Below are positions 37,743 to 46,952 of a stretch of 64,000 nt of DNA, in pieces; the stretch's first letter is position 1, and each line of letters starts with the position of its first letter. The notes under the pieces were generated by a model. The model was not told the origin of the DNA, made no database searches, and saw only the letters and a list, made by a program, of their open reading frames with translations. Source of the DNA: a bacterium. Lineage in GTDB: Bacteria; Myxococcota_A; Bradymonadia; UBA7976; UBA1532. Position numbers and translations under genes: made by a program. Location: NCBI GenBank assembly GCA_030427205.1, contig JAUHXC010000051.1, positions 1,336 to 65,335 on the forward strand, written 5' to 3'.

Positions 37743-38912
37743 ATGAACGAGATGCGTCCATGGTCTGGATTCGACGCCCTGGTCGAAGGGCTCGTCGACC
37801 TCGAAGCCCGTGCACGGGAGCTCGCGAGCCGCTCGGTCGATGAAATACTGACAGTCCGCAACTGGCTCGTGGGCGCGTGGATCGTCGGGTTCGAGCAGGA
37901 GGGCCGTGACCGGGCTCAGTACGGCGAAGGCCTTCTGCGCGAACTCGCGACAACCTTCAAAGCGCGAGGTGTAAAAGGTTTTTCGGCACGAAACCTGCGC
38001 AATTATCGCCAGCTCGCCCTCACCTGGCCGACGCTCGCGGCGCGTCGTGGTGCGGGCGGTGAACTCGGCCTCCCTGCTGACATTCGGCAGACGCTGTCTG
38101 CCAAATTCGTCCCCGCGGTTCTGCCCCGCACCGAGCTCCTCCCGTGGCAGAACGACGCGTGGATGGTCCGCCTGCGCCGAGAGCTGTCGTTCTCCCACTT
38201 GCTCGAGCTGTCGCGCATCGACAGCCCTGTCGCCCGGGCGTTCTACGAGGTCCAGGCGCTGAGCAATCGATGGAGCGTGCGCGAGCTGCGCCGGCAGCGA
38301 GACGCGATGCTCTTCGAGCGGGTCGGGCTCTCGCGGGACACGGAAGCCGTCCTGGCCCTGGCCAACGAGGGCCGCCTGATCGATACACCCACGACCAATA
38401 TCCGCGATCCCTACGTCTTGGAGTTCCTCGACCTGCCCGAGCGCGACGCGTGGTCCGAATCCGACCTCGAGACCGCGCTGGTCGACAACCTGCAGGCCTT
38501 CCTGCTCGAACTCGGCGGCGACTTCGCGTTCCTCGGCCGCCAATACCGAATCACTGTCGGCGGCCGGCACCACTACATCGACCTGCTGTTCTTCCACCGA
38601 CGGCTGCGCTGCCTCGTCGCGATCGATCTCAAGCTCGGCGCCTTCGGCTACGAGGACGCCGGGCAGATGAACTTCTACCTGAGCTTCTTGCGAGAGAACG
38701 TCTCGCTCGAAGACGAGAACCCGCCGGTGGGCCTGGTGCTCTGCGCCGACAAAGACGCCGAAGAGGTGCACTACGCCACCGGCAGCCTGGATCATCAGGT
38801 CTTCGTATCGCGCTATCTCACCCGGCTGCCGACCGAGAGCCAGCTGCGCTCGTGGCTCGCCGAAGAGCGGGAGTCCCTCGCCCGCCGTCACGGGCTGGAC
38901 GAGGCGACCTGA
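37743..38912 (+). CDS. YhcG-family (DUF1016) PDDEXK nuclease
   Basis: The N-terminal YhcG-N-like segment reads NWLVGAWIVGFEQEGRDRAQYGEGLLRELA. The C-terminal PDDEXK core reads HHYIDLLFFHRRLRCLVAIDLKLGAFGYEDAGQMNFYL ... LVLCADKDAEEVHYA. Confidence 0.7.
   Translation: MNEMRPWSGFDALVEGLVDLEARARELASRSVDEILTVRNWLVGAWIVGFEQEGRDRAQYGEGLLRELATTFKARGVKGFSARNLRNYRQLALTWPTLAARRGAGGELGLPADIRQTLSAKFVPAVLPRTELLPWQNDAWMVRLRRELSFSHLLELSRIDSPVARAFYEVQALSNRWSVRELRRQRDAMLFERVGLSRDTEAVLALANEGRLIDTPTTNIRDPYVLEFLDLPERDAWSESDLETALVDNLQAFLLELGGDFAFLGRQYRITVGGRHHYIDLLFFHRRLRCLVAIDLKLGAFGYEDAGQMNFYLSFLRENVSLEDENPPVGLVLCADKDAEEVHYATGSLDHQVFVSRYLTRLPTESQLRSWLAEERESLARRHGLDEAT
38069..38112. repeat. ~45-bp palindromic repeat, copy 2 (inside the YhcG coding sequence)
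   Basis: CGGCCTCC..TGACATTCGGCAGACGCTGTCTGCCAAATT. Direct-repeat orientation relative to copy 1. Confidence 0.7.
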
Positions 38913-38930
38913 ACCGCGGGGCTCGACCCG

Positions 38931-40637
38931 TCAGAGAAACCCGCCCTCGATGCCCACGATCGTCCGATGCTGCACCTTGCGCAGCGACGGCAACCGGTCG
39001 TCGAGCTCGATCGCCGGCATCACCACCGTCGTCGTGAACGGATCGAGCACGAGCCACAGCCGCTCGCCCAGCGGAAAGCGCAGCCCGAGCGGGCGGATCT
39101 CGGAGAAGACGCCCGTATTGCCGGTCGAGTGCAGCTCGGTGTCGAACATCAGCGTCGAGGTGCCCAGCGCGAACGCGACCCGCACGTAATCGTCGAAGAA
39201 CAGCCCCTCGGCGAACGCGGCGACGTCGAGCACGCCGCCGTCGACCCGGGCGCCGTACTCCACCGACACCCAATAGTCGCGATCGACGTGCAGGCCGAAC
39301 CGCCAGCGCCCGGTCTGCCAGCCCGCGCGCACGCCGTAGCCGAACGCCGGCGAGAGGATCGCCGCGTCGACCCGGTCGTCCAGCGCCGAGCCGTGCCCTT
39401 CGACGACGACGCTCAGCCGCGGCGGGGCGTCTGCGGCGTCTGCGGCCTCGTCGGCCTCGGCGGCCACCGCCGGCCGGGCGAGAGCGAGCAGCGCCAGCGC
39501 GGTCGGCGCGGCGAACCGCCGACGTCGCCCCAGCCAGGCCAGCCCGAGCAGACCGAGGCCCCACGCCCAGCCGCCCGACTGGCCAGCGGGCGCCGTCGCG
39601 CAGCCCAGGTAGGGCCCGACGGCCTCCTGCCGGGCGATCGCGGCGTACGGGCTGCCGCAGAAGTCATTGGCGTCATCGCAGCAGACCGCCTCGACGGCGT
39701 CCGTATCGCCGGCCCGGATGGCCGCCCGGCACGGCGGGTTGTAGACGATCCAGCCGCAGGCGTCGCGATCGGTCGCGTCGTCGACGCACGGCGCGAGGCC
39801 CGCCCGCAAGGCGGCGCCGTCGCGGGTGCGCGCGGCCTCGACGATGGCGAGGGTCAGCGCGCGGGTCCGGCGGGTCGCCGCCTCGACGAGCGGCGCGACG
39901 TCGTCCCGGTGGCAGTCGTCGAGCGCGTCGCTGTGGGCCAGGCCATCGGCGTCTTCGAGCCGCCCTTCGACCGCGTCGATGTAGTTGAGCACGCCGACGA
40001 TGTGCTCGACCTCGGCGTCCCAGATCATGTGCGCGTGCGCGTCCTGCAAGGCGTGCAGCGCCCGGCCCACGTGCCACGCGAAGAGCGCCACCGGCACGTC
40101 GACGACGCCGTAGTGATCGAGATAGGCCGGCTTGTCGGCGATGACGCCGCCCGCGCTCAGGCTCGCGCCGGTCTGCACCTCGTCGAGGATGGCGGCGATG
40201 GTGCCGTCGACCGCCGCCAAGTCACCGGCGATGCCGTCGTCGCCCGGCCCGCGCAGAGCGTGGGCGTATTGCCCGCGCGGCGCTGGATCGGCGTGCAGCC
40301 GGCGCAGGGCGGCGAGGTTGAACGTCGAGTGCCCGTCGGTATCGGGCGAGCGCACCCCGATGATGATCGAGAACATCACGAAGCGGACCTGGAGGCTCGC
40401 GTCTTCGGTGCCGGGGAACTGCAGCCGGCCGAGCAGCTGCCGCAGCAGCGGATCGTCGGGCACTTCGAACCCGCTGACGTCGTCGACGAGGTCGAGCAGC
40501 ACATCCAGCGAGCTGACGGTGATGCGCTCGTGGCACGAGTCGCTGACCGCCGTCTGCAGGCTGTAGCCATGGGCCGCGGCCGGCAGGGTCATCAGCCCCA
40601 GCGCGGCGAGCAGCAGCGGGTATGTGCGCGCGCTCAT
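38931..40637 (-). CDS. secreted multidomain protein: zinc phospholipase C / S1-P1 nuclease-like domain + Cys-rich region + internal MYXO-CTERM-like motif + C-terminal beta-rich domain
   Basis: Signal peptide MSARTYPLLLAALGLMTLPAAAHG. The motif GRALHALQDAHAHMIWD matches H-x-L-x-D-x-x-x-P/H-x-H of PLC/P1 nucleases, with HSTFN..LHADP upstream. The segment CATAPAGQSGGWAWGLGLLGLAWLGRRRR resembles MYXO-CTERM. It is followed by FAAPTALALLALARPAVAAEA, which resembles a signal peptide. Confidence 0.6.
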   Translation of the reverse strand: MSARTYPLLLAALGLMTLPAAAHGYSLQTAVSDSCHERITVSSLDVLLDLVDDVSGFEVPDDPLLRQLLGRLQFPGTEDASLQVRFVMFSIIIGVRSPDTDGHSTFNLAALRRLHADPAPRGQYAHALRGPGDDGIAGDLAAVDGTIAAILDEVQTGASLSAGGVIADKPAYLDHYGVVDVPVALFAWHVGRALHALQDAHAHMIWDAEVEHIVGVLNYIDAVEGRLEDADGLAHSDALDDCHRDDVAPLVEAATRRTRALTLAIVEAARTRDGAALRAGLAPCVDDATDRDACGWIVYNPPCRAAIRAGDTDAVEAVCCDDANDFCGSPYAAIARQEAVGPYLGCATAPAGQSGGWAWGLGLLGLAWLGRRRRFAAPTALALLALARPAVAAEADEAADAADAPPRLSVVVEGHGSALDDRVDAAILSPAFGYGVRAGWQTGRWRFGLHVDRDYWVSVEYGARVDGGVLDVAAFAEGLFFDDYVRVAFALGTSTLMFDTELHSTGNTGVFSEIRPLGLRFPLGERLWLVLDPFTTTVVMPAIELDDRLPSLRKVQHRTIVGIEGGFL

Positions 40638-41194
40638 CGGCCGAACTCCGCGTAGATGCACAGGCGGTACTGCACGTCGACCAGCGGGATCCCGCCGGCG
40701 TCGGGCAGCGTCATGAACAGCGTCAGCGGGTCGAAGCCGACGACGGCGTCGTCGAGGGCCCAGCGCAGGCCCGCCGGGCGCAGGTCGACGTAGAAGCCCG
40801 CGCCGCCGGCGCTGTCGAGCGCGGTGCCTTCGAGCAGCAGCGCCAGCCCCCCGCCCACGCGGGTGCGGATGCGCCCGCCCGCCGAGAGCACCGAGCCTTC
40901 GAGGCCCGTGTGCAGCGCGCCGAACCAGTCGTCCTCGCCCCGCCCGTCGAGCGTGCGCCACAGGGTGCCCTCGACCGCCAGCCCGACGCCCCAGCGATGC
41001 CAGCGGCGGCCGGCGTGCAGCCCGAGCGCAAACGCGCGGAAGACCTCCTGCTGGTCATCACTGCCCTCGGAGTAGGGCGACAGCGCCAGGTCGAAGTCGA
41101 CGATCAGCTCGGCCCCGAAGGGCGGCAGCAAGGGGTCATCGCCGGCCTCTGTCGCCGGGGTGACCGCCGGCGCGAGCCAGACGATGCTTGCCAT
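40634..41194 (-). CDS. small secreted hypothetical protein
   Basis: It starts at MASIVWLAPAVTPATEA. Its stop overlaps the next start (ATGA). Confidence 0.5.
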   Translation of the reverse strand: MASIVWLAPAVTPATEAGDDPLLPPFGAELIVDFDLALSPYSEGSDDQQEVFRAFALGLHAGRRWHRWGVGLAVEGTLWRTLDGRGEDDWFGALHTGLEGSVLSAGGRIRTRVGGGLALLLEGTALDSAGGAGFYVDLRPAGLRWALDDAVVGFDPLTLFMTLPDAGGIPLVDVQYRLCIYAEFGR

Positions 41195-41280
41195 GCCACG
41201 GCCAATGCAGTGCGCATCACCTCTCCTGATCCGCGCCCGCGGCCGTCGGCCGCGCCGCGCACACGCTCTGCAGGAGCGTG

Positions 41281-41988
41281 TCAGAACTCGACGATGATCG
41301 ATACCCGCGGGCGGCCGATCTCTTCGCTGGGCGGCAGACTGTAGGGCGGGTCGGCCAGGACCGCGATCAGGCAGCGCTCGAGCTTTTTGGAGAGCTGCGC
41401 CCCGTCGAGCACCGGCTCGAAGGCATGATCGGAGACCACGCCGCGCTCGACGTCGACCACCGCCCGCCACTCCAGCGCGCCGGGCCGATCGGTGCCCTCG
41501 AAGCAGCGGGCCATGCGCGGGCCGCGGGCGGCCACCTGGATGCGCAGGGCCACCAGCCAGTCGGCCGGCGGCGGCGTCGGGTTGCGGAACTCGGGCCGCT
41601 CGCGGCGCTCGATGCGGCTGCGGATCGGTTTCTTGCGCGGCGCCTTCTTCTTCGCCGTGGGCTTCGCGGCGTCGGGGCCCATATCGGGCGCGATCGCCGC
41701 GTCGACCGCGGCGTCGGGCGGCGGCGGGCCCTCACCCGGCGCGTCGCACTCGCAGCGCCGCAGCAGCAAGAGCAGCAGCAACAGCGCGAGCAGCGTCAAC
41801 CGGCGCCGCACCCGCTTGCGCCGCTCGGCCCGCTGCACATCCGGACGGGCCGCGCGGGCCGCCTTCTGCGCCGCGCGGGCCTCGGCCAGCTTCGCCTTCA
41901 CCGCCGCCCGGCGGGCCTTCAGCCGGGCCTTGGCCTCGCGCTTCGCCTGCTTGCGCGCCTGCCGCGCGGTCCTGGGGTCGAGGCTCAC
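41281..41988 (-). CDS. bitopic membrane protein with TonB-like architecture (basic N-terminus, TM, Pro/Lys-rich linker, ~90-aa C-terminal domain)
   Basis: A poly-Leu TM helix (LTLLALLLLLLLL). The linker reads PPPPDAA...KKKAPRKKP. Its stop overlaps the upstream gene (ATGA). Confidence 0.5.
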   Translation of the reverse strand: MSLDPRTARQARKQAKREAKARLKARRAAVKAKLAEARAAQKAARAARPDVQRAERRKRVRRRLTLLALLLLLLLLRRCECDAPGEGPPPPDAAVDAAIAPDMGPDAAKPTAKKKAPRKKPIRSRIERRERPEFRNPTPPPADWLVALRIQVAARGPRMARCFEGTDRPGALEWRAVVDVERGVVSDHAFEPVLDGAQLSKKLERCLIAVLADPPYSLPPSEEIGRPRVSIIVEF

Positions 41989-43961
41989 GGTTCTTGCACC
42001 CGCCAGCCGAAGACCCGCTCGCCGCCCTCACCCATGCGCCACTCCACCGGCACCAGCGCCAGCGGCAGGAAGACCGACGGCGCGCGCACGATGGGCACCC
42101 GGAACGGCCACGGCAGCGGATCGGACGGCGCGATGCGCACGCTGCCGGCATACAGCGCGCGATCGGGCGACAGGCCCTTCGCCCGATCGGCGCTGCTCGC
42201 GTCGTCGCGCACCGGCACCAGCCCGTCGACGATCGCCCGGATGCGCTCGATGAGCGCCAGCACCCGCCGCTGCCCGCGCCCGCTGGCGTCCTCTTCGGCC
42301 AGCCGCTCCAGCCGGGCCTTGAGCGCCTGCAGAATCGGCACGAAGCGGGCCCGCACCGCGCTCTCCTCGGCCGAGAGCCGCTCGAGGAACTGCCCCAGGA
42401 ACCGCACCGCGAAGAAAGGCGACGCGTCGATCGAGTCGCGCATCGCCGTGGCGAAGGCGCCGGCGTCACCCAGCGCCAGCGGCCGCAAGAGCGCCGCCCG
42501 CTGCACCAGCGCGCCGCGGCCCACCTGATAGCGCACGCAGCGGTCGAACGAGGGCTGGTCGGCGTTGAGCGCCGCGTGCCACAGCTGGTCTTCGAGCACC
42601 GCGTTGAAGTCGGTGCGCGGCACCACCTCGCGCAGCATCGCCAGCAGCTCGTCGGTCACCGCGAACTGCGCGGCGACGAACGAGAGCCAGCGCCGGGCGA
42701 GGTTGCCGGTCTGCGTAGGCAGCCGCGACTCGGGGGCCCACTTCGACGCCAGGGCCAGGGTGCGCAGCGCGCCGGGCAGGTCGCCGCGCCCGAGCAGATC
42801 GACGCCGCGATGCAGCGCGATGGGCCCGCGCTCGCGGAAGCCGCTGTCGTCGTCCAGGCTCATCAGCGCGGCGCCGCGGTCGCCGCCCCAGATCTGTGCT
42901 CGGGCCGCCTCGTCGTCGCCCATGTGGGCGATCCACCCTTGAACCTCGACCCCCTCCTGGCGGGCGATGAGGCGGTCGACCACGTCGAGGATGAGCCCGT
43001 GCGCGGCCGTGGGATCCCGCGGCGGGCGCATGAGCGTCGCCGAGCGCATGGCGTGGGCGAAGAGATACTGCCGCCGCTGCGGCGACATCGTCAGCCACTC
43101 CTCGGCGCTCCAGGCGAAGCTGCGGGCCAGGATGCGCCCCGGCACGCTCGTCGGATCGATGGTCGGCATGGCGTCGCGGCCCAGCGCGGTCAGCTCGTCG
43201 CCTTTGAGGCCCTGGCGTCGGCCCTCGATCACCATCTCGCGGCGGGCCTTGCGCCGAGCGCGCGCGCCGAGGCCGGTGAGCCGCAGCTCGAGGTCGAAGA
43301 TGCGCGCCTCGATGGCCGCGCGGCCGATCACCCGATCCCAGTCGAGGGTCTTCAGCGAGCGCAACAGCAGCGCGCGCATCGCCCGCGCCGCGATGCGCGA
43401 GTCGGTCAGTTCGGCCCACGGGCGCCAGTCGACCGCCAGCACGAGGCGATAGCTCCACCAGCAGCCGGTGCGCCGCAGCCGCAGGGCCTCGATCTCGTCG
43501 GCGTCGAGCACGTCGCTCAGGGCGACCCAGCGCTGCTGCCGGCCGACGGAGAACGCGTCGAAGGGCGAGCCGGCGTCGGCGGGCGGCGCGGGGCGGCGGT
43601 TGCGCACCGTCCAGTTGTGCAGCGCCAGCGGCCACAGCCCGACGCCGTCGTCGTCGATGGCGAAGCCGTCGGGGCAGAAGCCCAGGGCGCCCAGCGCGGC
43701 CCAGGTGTTCGAGCGCAGGTCGACGTCGTGGGCGCTCACCGCGCCGGTCTCGCTGGCGATGGCGTTGCGCAGGAACCACAGCTCGATGGCTTCGAGCGGG
43801 CGGCCTTCGCGCAGGGCCATGCGGGCGTTGTAGTAGACCCGGGTCTGCACGGTGGGGCGGGGGTCGGCCGCGAGCGGATCGGGGTCGGCCACGTCGGCCA
43901 GCGCGAGCGACGGCGCGCCGAGCAGCGCGAGCGCCACGGTCCACAGCACCCCACCGCGCAT
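41985..43961 (-). CDS. secreted alpha-helical protein (hypothetical, ~657 aa)
   Basis: Signal peptide MRGGVLWTVALALLGAPSLALA. GC3 is high. The start overlaps the upstream stop (TGATG). Confidence 0.6.
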   Translation of the reverse strand: MRGGVLWTVALALLGAPSLALADVADPDPLAADPRPTVQTRVYYNARMALREGRPLEAIELWFLRNAIASETGAVSAHDVDLRSNTWAALGALGFCPDGFAIDDDGVGLWPLALHNWTVRNRRPAPPADAGSPFDAFSVGRQQRWVALSDVLDADEIEALRLRRTGCWWSYRLVLAVDWRPWAELTDSRIAARAMRALLLRSLKTLDWDRVIGRAAIEARIFDLELRLTGLGARARRKARREMVIEGRRQGLKGDELTALGRDAMPTIDPTSVPGRILARSFAWSAEEWLTMSPQRRQYLFAHAMRSATLMRPPRDPTAAHGLILDVVDRLIARQEGVEVQGWIAHMGDDEAARAQIWGGDRGAALMSLDDDSGFRERGPIALHRGVDLLGRGDLPGALRTLALASKWAPESRLPTQTGNLARRWLSFVAAQFAVTDELLAMLREVVPRTDFNAVLEDQLWHAALNADQPSFDRCVRYQVGRGALVQRAALLRPLALGDAGAFATAMRDSIDASPFFAVRFLGQFLERLSAEESAVRARFVPILQALKARLERLAEEDASGRGQRRVLALIERIRAIVDGLVPVRDDASSADRAKGLSPDRALYAGSVRIAPSDPLPWPFRVPIVRAPSVFLPLALVPVEWRMGEGGERVFGWRVQEP

Positions 43962-44893
43962 CAGAACGACATGCCGGTCAGCAGGTGCAGCTCGAGCGCG
44001 AAGTACAGCTCCGACTCGGTCGCCGCGGCGAAGAGCGGCACGGCCACCAGCACCTTGTGCGAGACGAAGACGCCCGAGCCGAAGTAGAGATCGGCCCCCA
44101 GCCCGGCCAGGAAGCCATAGCGCGCGCGGTCGATCTGCATCGCCGGCAGGCGGATGTCTTCGAGGTTGTTGATCTCGCGATCCGACAGGCTGCCGGCGAC
44201 CAGGGCCTCGATGGTCTCGGTGAAGGTGAAGCCGTCGAACGCGCCGGGATACAGCAGATAGCGCAGGTCGACGTGGCTCTGCAGCACGAGGTGCGCCGAG
44301 GGGAACCACGAGGGGAAGGCCGTCACGACGCCCTCGGCCAGCGGATAGGCCAGCGTCAGGTCGAGCTCTATGCGCTCGGGGCGCGCCGGCTGGCGATACG
44401 GGGTCAGCGCCAGCCGCTCGGTGCTCTCGCTGCCCGAGACCCAGACGTAGGCCGCTTCGAGGCCCAGCAGCAGCCCGCCGACGGGGAAACGCCCGAAGAC
44501 GCCCGCCCGCAGGCTGTCGAAGTTGTTCAGCTCGGCGGGCAGCGAGCCGGAGAGGCCCACCTCGGCGGTGGCCTTGCGCCAGTCGTAGCGCAGGCGCTTC
44601 GAAGTGCGGCCGATGGCGCTCTCCATCAGCGTATCGAAGGGCGTGCGGTGGCGCTCGATGGCGGTGTCGGGCAGCCGGGGCAGTGATGGCACTTCGGATG
44701 GCTCCGATGGCTCATCAGATACCTCCGATGGCACCTCCGATGACTCCGATGGCACATCCGGTGACTCCGATGGCACACCCGATGACTCCGGTGGCACCTC
44801 CGATGACTCAGCGGGCGCCTGCGCGACCGCCGGGCCCATCCAGAGCACGAGCGCGGCCAGCGCGGCCACGGCGCGGCACAGCTCACGGATCAT
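43961..44893 (-). CDS. outer-membrane beta-barrel-like protein with an acidic (SSEVP)n repeat
   Basis: Signal peptide with an AQA cleavage site. A Ser/Glu/Pro repeat follows. The C-terminus ...LLTGMSF ends in Phe, as is typical of OMPs. Confidence 0.55.
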   Translation of the reverse strand: MIRELCRAVAALAALVLWMGPAVAQAPAESSEVPPESSGVPSESPDVPSESSEVPSEVSDEPSEPSEVPSLPRLPDTAIERHRTPFDTLMESAIGRTSKRLRYDWRKATAEVGLSGSLPAELNNFDSLRAGVFGRFPVGGLLLGLEAAYVWVSGSESTERLALTPYRQPARPERIELDLTLAYPLAEGVVTAFPSWFPSAHLVLQSHVDLRYLLYPGAFDGFTFTETIEALVAGSLSDREINNLEDIRLPAMQIDRARYGFLAGLGADLYFGSGVFVSHKVLVAVPLFAAATESELYFALELHLLTGMSF

Positions 44894-46952
44894 GGGGGAA
44901 CCCATCATCGCCGCGCTCGGGGAAGACCGGCGCATAGCATTGGTTGCGGTAGGTCAGGTCGAACTGGTCGGCCACCTGATAGATGCCCGCGCCGTCGAAG
45001 GTCGGGTGCGCGCAGAAGCGGGTGCACTGGGTCAGCGTCTCGGCGAGCGGGAACTCTCCGGTCTTCCAGACCTGGCTGCCATAGTCCTGCTCGACGGTCA
45101 CCCCCAGCCCCAACGGCAGGCTCAGGGTGAAGGCGCTCACCGCGAGGGCCGCGACCGCCTCGTACTCCAGCTCGAGCAGATAGGGGAACTCCCAGCCGAG
45201 CCCCAGGCCGTAGGTGGTCTCGCGGAAGATGGCGTGCCACTCGGGCAGCGAGGCGATGGGCAGGAAGATCGGCAGCACCGACGAGCGGAAGAACGCCGTC
45301 GAGGTCTCTTCGGGGGTCTCGCAATACGAGAAGCTGTCGTCGGCCTCGGCGCTGATGATCTCGTCGTCGAAGAAGGTCACCGAGCCGAACGGCGGCAGGT
45401 CGAGCCCTTCGGCGTTGGGCGGCACCTGCGGCGCGAGGAAGGTCAGATCGCGCATCTCTCCCGCCTGATCGGGCGAGTAGATGTCGATGAAGTTCAGGTA
45501 GGCCTGCCGGTTGGGCAGGATCGGCACCGCGCCGAGATCGAACGGCCCCAGGCTGAAGTTCAGGGTCACGTCGGGCAGCGCGCAGATCAGGCTCGACAGG
45601 CCCGCTGGCGGCACCACCGTGCCGTCTTCGAGGTCGTCTTCGTCGAAGTCGATGCCCGACGGGCACCACAGCGTCGTCGCGCCGACGGTCAGATCGGTGA
45701 GGCTGTAGCTGTAGCTGTCGAGCACGAAGCCGCCGGCCACCCGCGGGGTGCTGCGCTGCCGCTCGGGCAGCAGGATGCCCGCCAGCGCCTGCTCGAGCGT
45801 CGCCGCCATCGCCGGGTCGTCGTCGTGGTGCAGCGCCATGACCAGGATCATGTCCTGCCCGCCGCCGCGCACCGCCTCGACGTCGGCGTTGACCCGGGCG
45901 ACGAAGTCGGCCACCGCCGCCGCCACGACGTCTTCGTCGTCGCTCTCCCACAGGTCGATGCAATACGGCGAGATGCCCTGCATCAACAGCCGCTGCTCCT
46001 GCATATCGTAATGCACCTGGGAGATGGTGCGGTTGCAGGGCGTCAGCATGTACTTGATGGGCACCGCCTCTTCGATGGGACTGCGCAGCAGCGGGAAGGC
46101 CGGCCGCACCTCGGGGTTCTTGCGGGCGAAGGCGCTCGCGGCGAACGGCCCCGTCGGATCGTAGACCGTGGCCCGGGCGCAGACCGTCTCATGCTCGAAG
46201 GCCTCTTCGCCCAGCTCTTCGGGGCTGAAGATGGCCCGGTCTTCGGTCTCGACCTCCTGCCAGCCCAGCCGGACGGGATCGTCGCACTGCGCGCCGTAGA
46301 GGTAGCGGTTGCCGAGCACGAACGGCGCCGGCCCCCCGCGGCTGATGTTCGAGACGGTGAACAATCGCCGCAGGCCGAGCCGCTCGACCTCCATGTTGCG
46401 CAGCGTCGGGAAGAGGTGCCGCGCCCGCCACTGCACGCCGCGGTTCTCCTCCGTGAAGACGCCGTAGACCAGCAGGCTGCGGTTGGTATGGGCCGGGCCG
46501 GGGCCGATGACGTTGTAGTTCGTCTGGGGATCGAGGGTCAGCTCGCCCTCGCGGTGATAGCGCAGCCGCAGCTGCACCTCGCGCGGTTCGAGGGGGATGT
46601 GCAGGCTCCTGCTGCCGCAGACGGTGTTCGGCCCGCAGTCGACGGGCACGTGGGTATGCACCGCTTCGAGGGTGCTGAGTTCGACCCAGTCGACGACGCC
46701 GTCGTCGGTGACGAAGCGGATCTCGACCAGGCTGTCTTCGGAGATGCCCTGCTCGGCCTCGACCTCGTAGAAGAGGAACAGCGTCTCCTCTTCGGCGAAC
46801 CAGGCGGCGTCGGCGATGACGAACCGGGCGAAGATGTCGGTCAGCGGCACCTTGCAGCCGGTCAGGCCGCCCGCGATGAAGACCCCGGCGACCACCGCGC
46901 ACAGCGCGGCCAGCGGGGACAGGCCGTTGGTGGTGCGGCTGCGGTTGGGCAT
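44883..46952 (-). CDS. large lipoprotein (hypothetical, 689 aa)
   Basis: Lipobox IAGGLTGC. GC3 is high. No recognisable domain. Confidence 0.6.
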   Translation of the reverse strand: MPNRSRTTNGLSPLAALCAVVAGVFIAGGLTGCKVPLTDIFARFVIADAAWFAEEETLFLFYEVEAEQGISEDSLVEIRFVTDDGVVDWVELSTLEAVHTHVPVDCGPNTVCGSRSLHIPLEPREVQLRLRYHREGELTLDPQTNYNVIGPGPAHTNRSLLVYGVFTEENRGVQWRARHLFPTLRNMEVERLGLRRLFTVSNISRGGPAPFVLGNRYLYGAQCDDPVRLGWQEVETEDRAIFSPEELGEEAFEHETVCARATVYDPTGPFAASAFARKNPEVRPAFPLLRSPIEEAVPIKYMLTPCNRTISQVHYDMQEQRLLMQGISPYCIDLWESDDEDVVAAAVADFVARVNADVEAVRGGGQDMILVMALHHDDDPAMAATLEQALAGILLPERQRSTPRVAGGFVLDSYSYSLTDLTVGATTLWCPSGIDFDEDDLEDGTVVPPAGLSSLICALPDVTLNFSLGPFDLGAVPILPNRQAYLNFIDIYSPDQAGEMRDLTFLAPQVPPNAEGLDLPPFGSVTFFDDEIISAEADDSFSYCETPEETSTAFFRSSVLPIFLPIASLPEWHAIFRETTYGLGLGWEFPYLLELEYEAVAALAVSAFTLSLPLGLGVTVEQDYGSQVWKTGEFPLAETLTQCTRFCAHPTFDGAGIYQVADQFDLTYRNQCYAPVFPERGDDGFPHDP

